Below, one piece after another: positions 1 through 15,589 of a stretch of 64,000 bases of DNA; position 1 is the stretch's first letter; each line of letters begins with the position of its first letter. The position numbers were made by a program, and so were the translations under genes. The notes under the pieces are model-generated. The model was not told the DNA's origin and made no database searches. It saw only the letters and a list, made by a program, of their open reading frames with translations. Origin of the DNA: Paraspadella gotoi (lineage: Eukaryota; Animalia; Chaetognatha); assembly GCA_051294375.1 (NCBI GenBank), contig CM119264.1, positions 3,728,689-3,792,688 of the forward strand, written 5' to 3'.

Positions 1-414
1 AGCTTCTATCCCATTAAAAAAATCGATACAAAAACAAAGATTCGTCGTCTTTTAAAACTTCGTGACGAATTTAGGTCCCGTTCGACCAAGATTCTCTCTT
101 CGCTATGAACGAGAGAAGCAAAAACCGAAAATCCCAACCAGATTAAAATTAAGGTCATTTATTTTCTCCTCTCAGAATCCGACTCTCCTTTATTTTCCTT
201 TCCTTTTCTCTTATTTCCTACTTTTCCTTTGTTTTCTTTTATTCGTGACCTTATTAAGGTCGATATATTTAAAGTCTTCATTCTTTCATCTCATTACTTC
301 TCTTTCTTCATTTATTCTACGTCTTTTGTTCGTCCCGTCGTTATAAACTCTTTTCTCTTGTGCACCTTTTCCTTTTTTGAATTAATTAATTAGTTAATTA
401 ATTAATTAATTCAT

Positions 415-445
<31 letters not shown>

Positions 446-3071
446 TTATTCTATTTATTTATTTATTTATTATTTTATTTATTTTATTTATTATTATATC
501 AATTATTTATTTATTATATTTATTATATTACTTTATTATTTATTTATTCTCATTATTTTTATTTTTTCTCTCTTCTTCTTCTTCATTATTGCCGCAATCT
601 CGAATCAAAACCTTAAATTTTTTATCATGATAACATTGTTTTTTTTTAAAATTCATAAATTAAAAGTTTTAAAAAGTTTCTCTCTCTACTCTCTCTCTCT
701 CTCCTCTCTCGTCTCTCTTCTCATCTCTCTCTCTCTCTCTCTCTCCTCTCCTCTCTCTCTCCTCTCTCTCGCCGACGAAGCGATGCGAACACTCGCCGAG
801 GACTTTATCAATCAATATGCACATATATGGTAGGCTTTGTTTTTAAAAGCGAGAAAGGGAGAGTATTATAAGAAAAAAAAGCCAGAAAGGAAAGAAAGAA
901 GAAAAAAGAAAGAAAGGAAGAGAGAGAGAGTGAAAAAGAGAAAGAAAGAGATGAAATGAAGAGAGAGAGAAAAGAGAGAGAGAGAGAGAGAGAGAGAAAA
1001 GATACGACGATGAGAGAGATGCAGAGAGAGAGAGAGACGATGAGCAGTATCGAACCATGAAGGAGAACGGAGGTGTGAGACAGATCGAAAGAGAGGAGAA
1101 AAGGTTTTAAATCAGGATTCCGATATTGCCAATATTCCTTCGCCACGCCTACTTCCAAGGTGTGGCGAGTTTTTTTTTTGCACCGAAAATCCGACCGGGA
1201 AGGGCGATTCTCTGCTATTCGCTTCGGCGGCAAGTGGCCACTGGGCAGTGGGGCAGGGCAAACGAAGCAGGCATGGCATGTCCCGTTCTAACTGAGGCGT
1301 TCCGTCGTTACAAACGTTAGCATTAAGTGTAAAAAAAATTAAGTAAAAACGACCTCTTTCCACTATTGTTCAGTTGTTACTTACAATCGTTGTATTAACT
1401 TTGTACCACAACACAAATTAGCGCGAACGAAAAGGATTGGTTTAAAAACATCTCCACCCGTTACTTTAATGATAAAAAAATAGTACCCATTTTAGGCAAC
1501 TTTTAGCCAAAAAAATTATGTCCATTTTATGTCCATTTTTACTTACGACTTCTGATTTTGAATTGCCAAGCGAAGTGAATTGTTTTGTAGAAAGAATTTT
1601 ACTTGGAAATCGCGTTTCTTTCTTATCTTATCTTCTACCTCTGGGTAAATTTATTAGCTTCTAAAAATCATTTATATGTTTGCCTATGAATTTAATTTTC
1701 TAAAAGGTTAACAATGGTTCAAAAAAAGTATTGGAGTTTCAGTCATTTATCATAATTTGTAAACAAAAATAAATCAAATTGGTTTGAAATTAATAGAAAA
1801 ATATAGCCTACTTGAATAAGCTTCTTTTAACACTCTATAAAATTTATCAAAAAAAAACTTTTCTGGTTTAGCTACACAAAGTAATTTTTAAAAGACGTCT
1901 TATTTAATTTGTGACTTTATTGTGACTTGCATTTATTTTTGATAAAGAGAATATTTCAACTCTATTTAATTATTTTAAAAGATGAGGTACATTTTTACTG
2001 ACCCTTGATTAAATTAAAAAAAACCGCATACTTTAACCCAATGGAAAGCACGAGACTTGTTATTTTCTTCAAAATCGACAGATTTTGCGTGAAAATTTTT
2101 CCGCAAAATCTGTCGATTACTATAAATTTGCTACGGCAACCCAAAATTGGAAAGAAAAATCATATGCGCTACCTGATTTTCTTTCTTATAATATGGCATT
2201 TTTTAAAATATTTGTCTTTTTGATTTGGCTCAATTGTAAACGTTGTGAGAGGGGAAGACGAAATGGAAAACAAGGGAAAAAAGAGAAGAGGAGAGAATGA
2301 AAGAACAGAGGCGAAAGGCAGAAAAAAAGAAGGCAAAAGGGGAGGAAAAATAGTTGAGACAAAATAAAAAAGGTAGGAAATGAGAGGGGAAAATCTGGAA
2401 AGAAAAAAGAGGGGTCGAAAAGAAAGAGGAAAGAGAGAAGGAGAGAATAAAAAAATGTGAAGAGATAACGTGCATATGAGTGGCAGAAAAGGTAGAGGGC
2501 CAAAAATGGTAAGTGACAGAGTGAGAAGTAAGGGAGAAAGAGGAAAGAGAAATAATATAAGACAAGAAGAAGAAAAGAAGTGTAAGAAAAAGAATCCGGG
2601 AAAAGCGTATTAAGAACAAAAAATAATTGTATCAGCAGATAATGTGGCGTCCTAACCTAAAATACTTTTTATGTAATAGTAAAGACGTGAGATTCTTATA
2701 GAGGAATTTTGATTCCTTTAAAAATGATCATATACCATAAAAATTCGAACAACTATATATCTAAATATTACCAGTTAATGGGTATTTAGATAAAAGCAAT
2801 CATTGAAGAAATCATGTCTTACCGTTATTTTAACTCATAGAAGAATTTATCCTGGGAAGTCTAGTGATAGAAGGAGATAACTTGAGGACTTACGTTTTTT
2901 TAAATGAGAGTAATGCTTTCATACTAACTAATGAGATACAAGAAAGAGGTAATTATTGAACCGTTCAGATTTCGTTTGTCTAAAAAGACATCGATCCGTA
3001 CGTGGAGCCCTGAACGATGATAGGGGGTGTGTAAGGGAGAAAGGGGAGAGAGAGCGAGAGAGAGAGAGAGA

Positions 3072-3119
<48 letters not shown>

Positions 3120-3305
3120 AGAGAAGAGAGAGAAGAGAGAGAGAGACCTGAGACATAGACAAAGAGACATAGAGACAGAGACAAAGAAATAGAACGACAG
3201 AGACAGAGAGGGCGAGACGTCCCGAGAACAAATGAAGGCCAATAATCACTTCCTCTTTTCCTCACAATTGATCAAAATCTCACTTCCCGACTCAGAGAGG
3301 GAGAG

Positions 3306-3381
<76 letters not shown>

Positions 3382-3666
3382 ATCACTTCTTCATTTCCTC
3401 TCATTGATCAAAATCTTCACATCAATCTTTTTTTTTCTTCTCTTCCATTTTCTAATTTCTTAGTTATATTTTTTATTTGATCTTTTAAAATTTGTATTTC
3501 ATTTAATTTATTTTTTTTTATCATTTTTACATTTGTTTACATTTCATATTGTGCCTTATTGTATTTTCAACTCGGGCCGCCTAACGGATGTCACCTTTCG
3601 ACGTCGCGTTTCTCAACGAAGCGGAAAATGTTTATTTGTGTGAAGCGAATTTTTATGAAGCGACAG

Positions 3667-3702
<36 letters not shown>

Positions 3703-4051
3703 AGGTGGAATGATTAATGAGAAGATGCCGGTTAAAAACGGTTTCTACAGGGTCATCAAAAATGAATTAATTATTCTCGTACAGGGATGCGCAAAAATAA
3801 ATAATGAACTGAAATGAAAGGTTTTATACCATCAACAAAGTCTTTGAAATCAAACAAACAAAATCACAGACAAAAATTAAATAGAAATATCGATAAGTAG
3901 TAAAGATTAAAAAAGATTCAAGTTTAAAAAATAGCATACATGCAAATATAAAACTTAAAATGAGATAGCTCAAGATTTATTTTGTGTATAATATTAATTA
4001 ACTAAGAAAACCGCTAGCGGAAAATGTACGCGGATAGATTTATTAAAAACG

Positions 4052-4087
<36 letters not shown>

Positions 4088-4179
4088 TTTTTTTATTTAT
4101 TTCTTTCTTTTTTCTTTTTTATTTATTTCTTTCTTATTTTCCCATAAAAACGTTAAAATATTCGGAATGCTCAGTTTTA

Positions 4180-4259
<80 letters not shown>

Positions 4260-4547
4260 CTCTCTCTCTCTCATTAATCTTCCCAATCGTTATTTCATAA
4301 CAATCAAGGTAACGTTTGACGGTAAATGCGTAGCTAATACAATTTAACGACGTTTAAATCGGACCGAAAGATCGACAAAATAGATTAAAACAAAGCTGCC
4401 TTTTCAGCCCTAATTAAAAAAAAACATAACAAAAGGAAAACAACTGTTTACAGCCTCGTTTCGGTTTCATGTCACGAGTTTATCAAAAATAAAATAAAAC
4501 AAAGAGAAAGAATTAAAGAAAGAAAGAAAGAAAAAAAGAAAGAAAAA

Positions 4548-4639
<92 letters not shown>

Positions 4640-5428
4640 GACCTGAAGCAAAAAACGGTAAAGAAAGAAATACATCGGAATCACATTTGGAATTCAATTT
4701 TTTCCGCCGCCAACATATTTTAGACTCTGGGAGGAGGAGGAGGAGGAGGAGGAGGAGGAAGAGGAAGAGGAGGAGGAAGAGCAGGAGGCTGAGCTAAACA
4801 CCCTCAACCGAATAACTCAGCGCCATTACTTCATCATCTTACGCAGATCCACAATCTTCCTCAAATATCCCCACGACTACAGGGCCGACACAAAACCCCA
4901 TCGTGTCACCCACAAATCATATTAAAACGTGACAACCTTAAATTCAACCGTCTATCCACAAACCACACCCTGCACCCACAAAACTCCACCTACTCGAACC
5001 ACAAATTCAACCTCCCCAAGTCCTGTTTACGCTTCGCTTTATGTTTGAATTTGCATTTTTTTCTAACAGAAAAACTCGTGTTTTTCGCTTTTAAGGTTTT
5101 TTTTTTCCTATTCCCATTATTTTTCTTTACTTTTTTTTTCTCAAAATTTTTTTTATTTATTTATTTCCTTTTTTATTTCAGATTAAAAAAAAAGTTTTCC
5201 GCTTCGAATCATCGGAACCAAAATGAGAAAAAAGTCGACGTTTGAAAAAACAAAAACAAAAACGTCAAGAAACGATTAAAAAAAGAAAAGGATAAAAAAA
5301 GTAATAAAAAAATTAGAAAGAACAAAAATAAAAACAAATAAAAGTAAAAAGAGACGAAACGCGTCCCGCACAAGACTCGTGCGTGGAAAACGTAAACAAA
5401 ACGACAAAATAAAAAAGTCAAAACAAAG

Positions 5429-6058
5429 ATGGCGTCTCCGTTGGCGTCGCGTCGCTCCATCTTCTCGAGAACTATTTCCGCGTCTCCGCCTTCGCCTCGT
5501 GCGCGCCCTCTGCCGCGCGTCGACGCCTACAACAACAACAACGTTCACCGACTGAGCAGCAACAACGCCGCCGCCCTTCCGTCCCGCGACGGCGTCGCCC
5601 ACCTGATCGCCAACGTCGGCGCCGTTTCGTCCGTTCGACGCCAAAATTCTCGCCACGTCGACGCCGCTTTTTCTCCGCGCCTCGCGAGAAAGGCGCCGGG
5701 GCGCCGCGAGGAATTCGATGACGACGTCAACGCCAACAGACGCTCGACGGACGCGGCTTCGTCCACGACGCCGGCGGCGGCAAATCCCGAGCGTCTCGTC
5801 GACCGGCGTCGTCTCGCGGAGAGACTCGGGCGCGGCGCGCCGTTCGCGGGGAAACGGGCGGCGTCGGACGCCATTGCTTCGTCGTCTTGGTCGTCGTCGG
5901 CGTCCCAGACTCGTTTGCATAATGAAGCGTCGGCAGCGGCGGCGGCGGCGGTGACTGTCCGCGGCGTAGAGGCGGGAATCGGCGCGCGTGGAAATTTCGC
6001 GTCGCATCGAAACCCAGCGACGTCTTTAAGGATGGAGACGCCCACGTGCGGTGGATGG
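5429..6058 (+). CDS. Candidate first coding exon, low-complexity Ala/Ser/Arg-rich, gene unknown
   Basis: aaacaaagATGG start context, 210 open codons in a GC-rich island, strong phase-0 donor TGG|gtgagt. No recognisable domain. Confidence 0.5.
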
Positions 6059-6238
6059 GTGAGTTGGGTGAAGTGAGGGTGAGTCAGGTGGGTGAGTAGA
6101 AAATGCGGCGGACACCTGATTAAATGGGAATAAGGAATAAGTAGGGATGAAGTCGACGAAAGAGAAAAAAGCTCGAGGAATCGCTAAAGAAAGATTTATG
6201 TTCGTCTCATCGCATAATCCATAAAATACGAGAGAAGC

Positions 6239-6345
<107 letters not shown>

Positions 6346-6690
6346 ACACTTACCTCACTTGCTCTTCTATTGTCAGTCAATAATTCACCATTAAAAATTA
6401 TATTATGATTACTTTATAGTCATCACATTCACCATTGAATTACTTATTAATGAAGTTATATTAAGTATGTTATATTAGAATTCATAAGGAACTCAAATAA
6501 TACGCAAGGTCATAAAAAATAAAACTTTTTGGTCAGTTAAGGTCTGTTAAAATTCTATAAAGATTTCGGCCCGGTGGAAAAGCAGAGAACTCAGACTCTG
6601 TTTGGCCTCTTGATCGCTCGACCAAAAAAACCTTGGCTGTATTTGCTTCGTCCCCGGGTGGTTTTGTGTTCCTGGATAGCTTTGAAGGGA

Positions 6691-6782
<92 letters not shown>

Positions 6783-7418
6783 CACTCATGGAGTATTGAT
6801 TATGGTAATGACGGCCTAACATCTGCTCATCTCTCGTCAGCGTGGGACGCGTTCGCCTCGACGTCGTCGTCGTTGTTGTTGTTGTTGTTGTTATCCTCGA
6901 AACTCGACGCGAAGGTCGAACGAAGGGAGAGAAAGTGGGAGTTCGTAATAAGAACGAGACAAGGGATAAGAATTATCGATGTCAAGTCGAGTAAATAATT
7001 TAAAACACTTTTAAGAATTTCCAAACGACTCGTTACTTTATTTTGTAGTTTAGCTATATATTGTAAAGCGTAATCACCGTTCTGATTCGCGCCACGCAAT
7101 CTCGCTCTAACCCTAAACTTGAGGCAAAAAAGGCCGAAACCCGTTGGATCGAGTTTTAGCGATTCGCTATTCTCTCTTCGCCTCCTAATCTTCGTCGTAA
7201 TTTGGGAGAGAGAGAGAGAGAGAGAGAGAAAAAGGGGGGGACGAAGTTGGACGAAGTCTAACGATCGGGAGGGAGAGTGAGGGGGAGAGAGGGGAGAGTA
7301 AGGGGTAGAGATAAGGTGGAGAGAGGAAGGGAAGAAGAAGAAAAGGGGAGAAGAGAATGGGGAGAAGAGAGAGGAGAGAGGGAGAGAGAGAGGGAAATAT
7401 ATATATAATATTATATAA

Positions 7419-7462
<44 letters not shown>

Positions 7463-8675
7463 CGGATTGAGGTGACGGAAAATGAGATGGGAGAGACCGT
7501 GACAGTGAAATGGTAGAGGAAAGCGTAAAGCTGGGAAGGAAAGAAAAACTAAGATGGGAGAAAATAATGTCAGTGATATGGGAGAGAGAAGAATAGATAA
7601 TAGCGAGAGAGGGGAAGTGAGATGGGCAGAGAGAAAAGAATAAAGAAGAGAAGGGAGATGGGAGAGAATTGAGATGTGAGAGAAAAGAATAAATAAGAGA
7701 AGGGAAATGGGAGTGAAGTGAGATGGGAGAGAAAAGAATAAAGAAGAGAAGGGAGATCTCCTTTGTTAAGAACGGATAATGACATGCATGGGTGACTGAC
7801 GAGCGAGAGTAAAGAGAATGGGGTGAGAGGAGTAGAAGGAGGAGCAGGAGTGGGAGGAGAAGGAGGAGCAGGAGTGGGAGGAGATGTCTTCTGGATAGCT
7901 GCCCGTCGACTAAACAAGATGACGACGACGACGACGACGACAGCAACAACAACGACGACGACTCCGAAAAGGAAAGAAGCGACAACAACTGAAAACTCGC
8001 GTTTAACATTCAGAATATCCCTTTCGCACAAGGAGAAAAAAAAATAGTCTCTGTGTTCGGTGTACAAACCATTTTTTTTTCAGACAAAAAAAAACTATGA
8101 GGTGAGGGAGAGACGAAAACCTTTCCAATATTATTCTCTTCAAGCGTGGTTTCCGCCGCCGCCGCCGCCGCTATTTCGGCCGCCAGCAGATGGTTTCTCT
8201 CATTTTTTCCCGCCGTCGAATATTTCCGTATCGGGGTTTCCGTCCGGTTTGCGTCCGATACAAAAGGCATTTTCTTTTAGCCTTTTTTGGCTTTTTTGTC
8301 GACTTATTTGTGTTTGGAGCAACGCCTTATTTTCACAATCCCGAAACAAATTCAAGGAATGTACTCTGAAAGTTTTTGATCTCTGCAATACGTGGGTTTA
8401 AATCCATGAAATTAGTCGAACCAATATAAAAATTATCTATTTATTTATATATTTATTAACTCATCTTATAGGACATTAACAAGACATAATAAGACATAAT
8501 CATGACTCTCTCACCGCTTCGATTCGCCCTTTCCAATTTTTTGGGTTTTTTTTTTCGAGAATTGTTTTTAGCGCCACCAGTTGAAACCAAATTTTTTGCA
8601 TTTTGTTGAAAAAAAAACTTAAACAAATTTCGAGCTTTCCTTTTTATGGTTCAACTAATTTTTTTGAAACTTAAG

Positions 8676-8707
<32 letters not shown>

Positions 8708-9121
8708 TTTCTCTTTCTTGGAGTTTTTTTTTCTCTTCTCATATTCGTAACTTTTTCTTGCTTCCGACCGAATATAGAAAAACTCACATCAATACATCAA
8801 TAATACATTTCAGGAGAACGCCATTGTCTTTTTTTTTAGGGGGGGGGGGGGGGGGGCGGGGAAAGAGGCCTGGTTGGCCAGAGAATAAAAATTCCTATTT
8901 ATATACTTTTTTTTGGCTGCGTGGCAATTGCCCAATACAAACTATTTTTTTTTCTTTCGGGCAGCGGAAACCGCTTTGGTCTCGCGCTGCCTTAGTGTTT
9001 ACGACTTTTTTCGCGTTGAGTTCCTCGCGCAATTCCGACATCTCTCGTCGGTCAGTCGACATTAGTGAGACTTTAAATAACCCCGCCGCGCGCGCCACCA
9101 ACCACCGGCACAGAGGATCTG

Positions 9122-9630
9122 ACCAGAATTCAGAGTCCAGAGTATTATTTTTTTTCTTCTCCAGGCCAATTTTTTTTTTTCACGGTGGGATACAAAGTCC
9201 CGGTTTTCTCTCCGGTCTATTACGAAACATAAACAGTAAAAAAAGTGACAGAAATGGCATAAATATAAACAGGCTTTTTTTTTCCTGATAAATATTTTTG
9301 TATATGACAAATGAGAACATGAATAATCAAATAGAGTAGAAAGACGACGGATACCAAATGTTGCGCANNNNNNNNNNNNNNNNNNNNNNNNNGCCAGAAT
9401 TCAGAGCCTAGAGTATTTTTTTTTTTTCTGCGCCAATTTTTTTTTTCTCGGTGGGAACAAAGTCCCGGTTCTTTTCGGTCTATTCGAAACATAAACAGTA
9501 AAAAAAAGTGAAGAACAGTGAGCATAAATATAAACAGGCTTTTTTTTTTCTGATAAATATTTTTGTATATGAACAAATGAGAACATGAATAATCAACATA
9601 GAGTAGAAAACGACGGATATAAATGTGCGC
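9122..9630 (+). repeat. ~245-bp tandem duplication across a 25-N gap
   Basis: ccagaattcagag...aaatgt(t)gcgca occurs on both sides of the N-run 9368-9392. Confidence 0.9.
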
Positions 9631-12600
9631 ATGAAAAATATTTGGAGAGCAGAATGCATCCGGACATTGTGTTTCATAAAAGGAGGACGAAGACGCACGC
9701 AGGGGGGCAAGGAGTGGGGTGTAGAGAAATGGCAGGCACGTCTCAACCCCATATAATTTACTTAACAGCAAGAATAAGATTTTGAGTTCATTTAAAAATC
9801 GCACATTATTGTCGTATCGAGTTGGTATTTTAAGATTTCCTTCTAGTAAACACATATTTTACTAGATTAAAATCTATTTCTCGTATAATATTTTCATGTA
9901 AATTCAGAATCTCCCGGGCCTCCCTAAGATCCTGGGCCCCTCGGCTTTGTGGAGGAAGTCTACCCCTTTACACACCCCGACGTGCAAAGGACAAACGTAC
10001 GCGAGGGAAATAAAATGCTCAAGCAGGAGAAGGCCACTTTTTTTTCCTCTTGACGCCGCTAATCAAGTTTCAAAGAGGAAAATGACGCCACGAAAATATC
10101 GTTAAGAAGGAAGAAATGAAAAGACAGAAACGCCGCTTATTGTTACTCAAAGCATTGTAAGCGATCCTTGGATTAGTAATACTATAGTCTTACTTATTAG
10201 TACTACACTTAGCCGAGGCTTATGGAAAATGAAAAGAAAAAAAAAACAAAAAACAAAAAAATCCGTTTCTTTATGGAAAAGAAATTAGGACAATAACATG
10301 ATTTTAAAAACGCTGAATTTATCGGATAAGCCAATGTACTAAGCGTAACAGATTAAACAATTAACAGATACCACTATAAATATTGTTAATTAAAACTATT
10401 AAATTTATTGAATGATAACTATGATAATAATTTTTTAAGGTTTTTTAATTTTTAACCCATTTATCATTAAATTTGTAAAAAATTTGTAATATTAACCTTT
10501 AATATAACTATTTGAATCTTTATCAGAATCCATTTTTGAAAATTAAAATTTTGAAACAATATTTAAAAAATTAAAGGAGCACTTTTTCTCGTACAACGTA
10601 ACGTTTATTATCACATCAAATAACTCACGAGCGACGACGAAAGTAAAATTCACAGAGGTTTTGGCGGCTATTCACACAGCCGGCCCTCATGTCATCATCG
10701 TTCAGGTCCAAATCCATTGGCTCAGAGGGAAAACACACAATCCCAGGCGAAGTGTTTCATCACAAGCCTAACGACTTCCCTCTGCGTTGGCAAAGAAAGA
10801 CCGTCCAGGGTACTCGCGCCAGTGACTGGAAGGCGTCACTGAGGGTCGGAAGCCCCCCGAAGCCAAACAGTGAGATGCCCTACCCAATGGGCATCACAGG
10901 CAACCCGGCTGACAATCTTGGTCGAACACTTGATCCGTTGTTTGTTTACATTGATAAATATTAAAGTTTACAAGTTATTACATGTAATGATTATAACAAG
11001 TAATGCATCGAAGGAAAGGTACAATATAGTAGATTCTGAAAATACAATTGATCTAATTGGGTGTCACCGTGCGAAGTGAATAAGTAATTACAAAAAAAAA
11101 AACATTGTTGAAATTCAAGAAATGCTTTACGCTTGTGAATTTGTTTCCGTTTCAACAATCGGTTCGACCAATGAGCGTTGAGACGGACTGTTTTTTTTTC
11201 CCCGTGTCGTTGATCCGAAATGGACGAACGTCCTTTAATATTTAATTTTTTTTTTTTAAATTTAATATTACTATAAATATTATATTTTGAAATTAATATT
11301 AAAATTATATGCATAATAAACTTTGACATTTCGAGAAAATAATTACTCCTTTACCATAACCTTAATTTTATTCCTAACCCACCTAATTTTTCACCTTAAT
11401 TTACCCGTACCCTAATTTCCCCCTTAATTAACCACTACCCTAATTGCCCTTAAACGCCAGCTTAAACTTAACCTAACTTACCGCCTTCATCTTAACTTAC
11501 ATCTTAATCTTAATTTAATAATTTTTAACTTTAATTTATCAATCTTAAAACCGAGGGTAAAGACGTTAGCCGGACAACGGTCCCGATTGAAAATGAGATT
11601 TCGTTTCCTCCATCTTTGTAATGCATCGGTGAGCTGCTGAAATGAATAATAAATTTTGAATTATTTTGATTAAATTCCCGTCGAAAAGCATCCAGAAGCC
11701 ATTACCTGAAAGAAAACACAGAGGGAAATAACCCGTTCATTGTCAGCCAAGTGGTCATCCGCAAAGCGATTTTCGCTCAAACAAAAGGATCGCGAGCACA
11801 ACACAGCCAATGACATAGCTTCCCGAGCCCAACTGACCATGGCATCGCGTAACAAAGAAACTAATTATTCCCAGCAAATTCAATACAGCCCCCAGCGAGA
11901 ATTTAAAACAGATGTTTAAACGGATTTTAATTATCGAAGAAAAAAAAAAAATCGTGAATTTGGTAGACTTTACATTTCTTCGAGTTTTTTTAATTTAAAT
12001 TTTTTTAATACAAATATTGACCGGATTTTTTTACCCCACCACAGCGCGAATGCGCTCGAGGAAGGAGTATGATCACCCCTTCAAAAGAAAGTTCTACAAT
12101 ACACATCAATGTTAAAACTTGTGTAAAATACCCAAAATTAAACAAATTCTCATTGGGGCCACGATGGTATAAAAAGAAACAGACTACCTTTAAAAAAAAC
12201 TTAAATCGTTTTATCTTTCTCTTAGATTGGGCTCTTGAATTAAGCAAGCCAAGCATTTGCCACATAGAATTCAACCAAGATGTGATTTTTACCGTTGAAA
12301 TTCGAACGCCCAGACAAAGTGGTTCTATTCCTGTATCGCTTGGGCTGTAATGCATAATTAACACCATGTTTTGGTTTTTTTAACATTATGGAGGATACAA
12401 CAGTAGGCGAAAAGAAAGACAGACGAAAAAAAAGGCAAAAACCAGTCCTGTTTAAGTGCACATTTACATTGTAAGAATCATAAGAATTTTTCTCGCGCTC
12501 CCCCTCAGTTTGTCTTCGCAAGACCCCAAATGCTTCGAAATATGCCCATATTGCCAGCACTTCCGTAGTGGGCTTGACTAATAATTTCGATGGAACCATT

Positions 12601-12660
12601 TTTTGAACGGAAATCGAGGAAAATCTGATTATTCCTTCGAGCGAACTCGTAGCCTCGCTT

Positions 12661-13090
12661 AGAGTGGGGTGTAGAAGAAATGGCAGGCACGTCTCAACCC
12701 CATATAATTTACTTAACAGCAAGAATAAGATTTTGAGTTCATTTAAAATCGCACATTATTGTCGTATCGAGTTGGTATTTAAGATTCCTTCTAGTAACAC
12801 ATATTTTACTAGAATTAAAATCTATTTCTCGTATAATATTTCATGTAAATTCAGAATCTCCCGGGCCTCCCTAAGATCCTGGGCCCCTCGGCTTTGTGGA
12901 GGAAAGCTACCCCTTTACACACCCCGACGTGCAAAGGACAAACGTACGCAGAGGAAAATAAAATGCTCAAAGCAGGAGAAGGCACTTTTTTTTCCCTCTT
13001 GACGCCGCTAATCAAGTTTCAAAGAGGAAAATGACGCCACGAAAATATCGTTAAAAGGAAGAAATGAAAAAGACCAGAAACGCCGCTTAT
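12661..13090 (+). repeat. ~430-bp direct duplicate of 9711-10140
   Basis: gagtggggtgtag...cgccgcttat is near-identical; differences are mostly homopolymer indels. Confidence 0.9.
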
Positions 13091-13328
13091 CGGATTAAAG
13101 AGAGAGAGAGGGAGAGAGAAGCAGAAGAGAGAGAGAGAGAGAGAGAGAGCAAGAGAGAGAGAGAGAGAGAAGAGTGTTTAAACAGGCTAATCATTAAAGT
13201 TAGGGTTAGCAGCACTGCTTGTCAAGTACATAGCAAGATTGTCCAACGCGAAACAACAGGCCACAGTGACGTCGACGCCGTGACTCTGTCCGTCTCTCTC
13301 GTAGGGACGAAGTCCGACTTCTCTCCCC

Positions 13329-13367
<39 letters not shown>

Positions 13368-15419
13368 CNNNNNNNNNNNNNNNNNNNNNNNNNGCTTTAT
13401 CGGATTAAAGAGAGAGAGAGAGGAGTGTAGTAATATTTTTTACTTCGTTTCGAAAACTGACTTTTGTTTACCCGGCAATTCGCGAGAACCAGTCTTTTCT
13501 CTCTCGTCCTATTTTTAATCTCGGTTCACAGACGATATCCTGCACGTTACCGTTTTTGCTGCTTCGAAATTTAATGCCAAATTTCTCTGCCTATTCAACG
13601 CCGTTTATTTCGAAAGTTAAAATGTATATCTATTCTCTCTCGCATCCTATGTCAAAGTGTCGTACTGCTGATATCATAACGGTGGTATATCTGTGCTTCT
13701 CCACATACTACAATACGCTAAGGAGTCTCTGATCCGTTGCATGTCATATACATCCGAGACCAGACCGATAATAGCTCCCAGTGAACCTGATACTGTCAGA
13801 TAATCTATGACAACAACAAAACGTGATCATAATCGCTACCTACGCGCTACTTATGTCCTGAGACACTGTTTTCTATAATGCACTCGTTTTAATAAGTTTT
13901 TAATCATATGCGTTTATAATTGCGAACATCGTTTATATTAAATCGTTGTATAAATCTGGTTTCACAGTTCGCAGCGGCTGCTTTCCTCGCGATCCCATTC
14001 CGCACAGCTATTTTTCCGATGCCTTTACGGCTGCCGTTATTCTCGAGGATCCCATTTCCGCACGCTTCTTTTCCGCCATGCTTTAACGGCTGCATTTCCT
14101 CGGAATTCTGACTTTCCCAGCATCTTTTCCGATTGCTTTGTCCGATCGCTTTCTATTCTCCGAATGCCATTAACGGACTTGCCCCTTACCCGATATTATC
14201 ACTATCTGAGTGACGACGTAAGAGCCGCGCTCTAGTACTCGCGTCGTGGCCAGCTGACACTCGAGATAAACTATCGTCAGTTCATCGCGGCATTCTTACA
14301 ACAACACTGCGTATAGCTCTAATCACAATCATGATAGGGTATAGCGCAATCCACCTCAGTTGCTGCCCTCCCACTCCTTACTTTGAAACAGTTACTCTCG
14401 ATTATACTTCCTGTCTACCGCACTCACGTGCATCCTGTGTCAACACAACCAGCCTACCATACTACGCTTCATTATAATCGCTCATCCAATGATAATGCGA
14501 TCAAAGCCTTCTCAATGTGCACTCTTATACGAACACATATCTTTGATGCTAAACTGCTTAAAAACGACGTTTCCAGATGCTGGTAAAGTCATGACAATAG
14601 CTGCAAATAGCCCGCCGCGGCCTTGCAGGTTTAGTAGGAAAACGTCCTAACTCCCACTCTTTCCCTGGCACCTGCATCAGTCTCCTAGGCATATTCCGTT
14701 GCCTCCAACGCTGCCTTCTAATATTCCATTTCACTTCTCAACAACCAGATCAGCGTACTCTCATATCTTACATCCGTCAGAGATGATACTCCTCCGATCC
14801 TACTACCTCTACCCTGTACTGCGCGCGTGGCGCGTGAGCGCTCAAGTAATGGCTCTACGAACAGACTGATACTCTCTAATACCTACAAACAGCGCATCCA
14901 CATCGACGACTATAAGTCAGCTAATATCATGATACGTCGGTCATCATCGCACCGTGCAATGAGCCTGCTCCTACCACACACTATCCCTCTGTCGATCACC
15001 CTAGAACTCGTGTTCTTTGCGTACTCCGCGATGTTGCGCGCAGAGCCATCCGCGTAATACTGGTCTTGTGCCGCTCTTACAAGAAAATATTAAAGGGCAG
15101 AATTGGTTAAAGCATAGTTAATTCTGTCTGAAGGATCCTAATTTATGCCACGAATTTCTTCTGCCATACGATTCATACCAATCAGTTTTTGCCCGCATCA
15201 CAAAAAAGGCTTGCCCTTTTTTTATCACCAATAATTCTTGTTTTTTACAGAGATGCAGGCACAAAACTGCTCTGGTGAGACACAAATTACATTTGTTATC
15301 ATAAACGAAGAAGCTCGAATTTTATTATCTGTTATATCAAAGCGTTCCATCCCCACCATATCCTCTTGAAACTCCCCTGCTGCTTGTAAGCCTTCATTGC
15401 CTGCATCAAAACCCTGGAT

Positions 15420-15450
<31 letters not shown>

Positions 15451-15589
15451 GTTCGCTCCGTTTACGATTCAGTTCAACGTCCGACCTCGAACTCGGGACC
15501 TTCAAGGCGATGAATCCCTACGAAACCGCGACGAAACGTCGAGTAAATCATTCTCTTCGAAATCAACGACTCGAGAAATTCGCGTGGAA

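Noticed and set aside
9122-13090. Local duplications as biological tandem repeats
   Set aside because: They abut 25-N gaps and differ mainly by homopolymer indels, consistent with assembly overlap.
13430-15400. Composition-shifted segment suggesting horizontal transfer or viral DNA
   Set aside because: No coherent ORFs, begins right after a 25-N gap and looks like low-quality read sequence; only a degenerate ~60-bp repeat at 13970-14200 is discernible.
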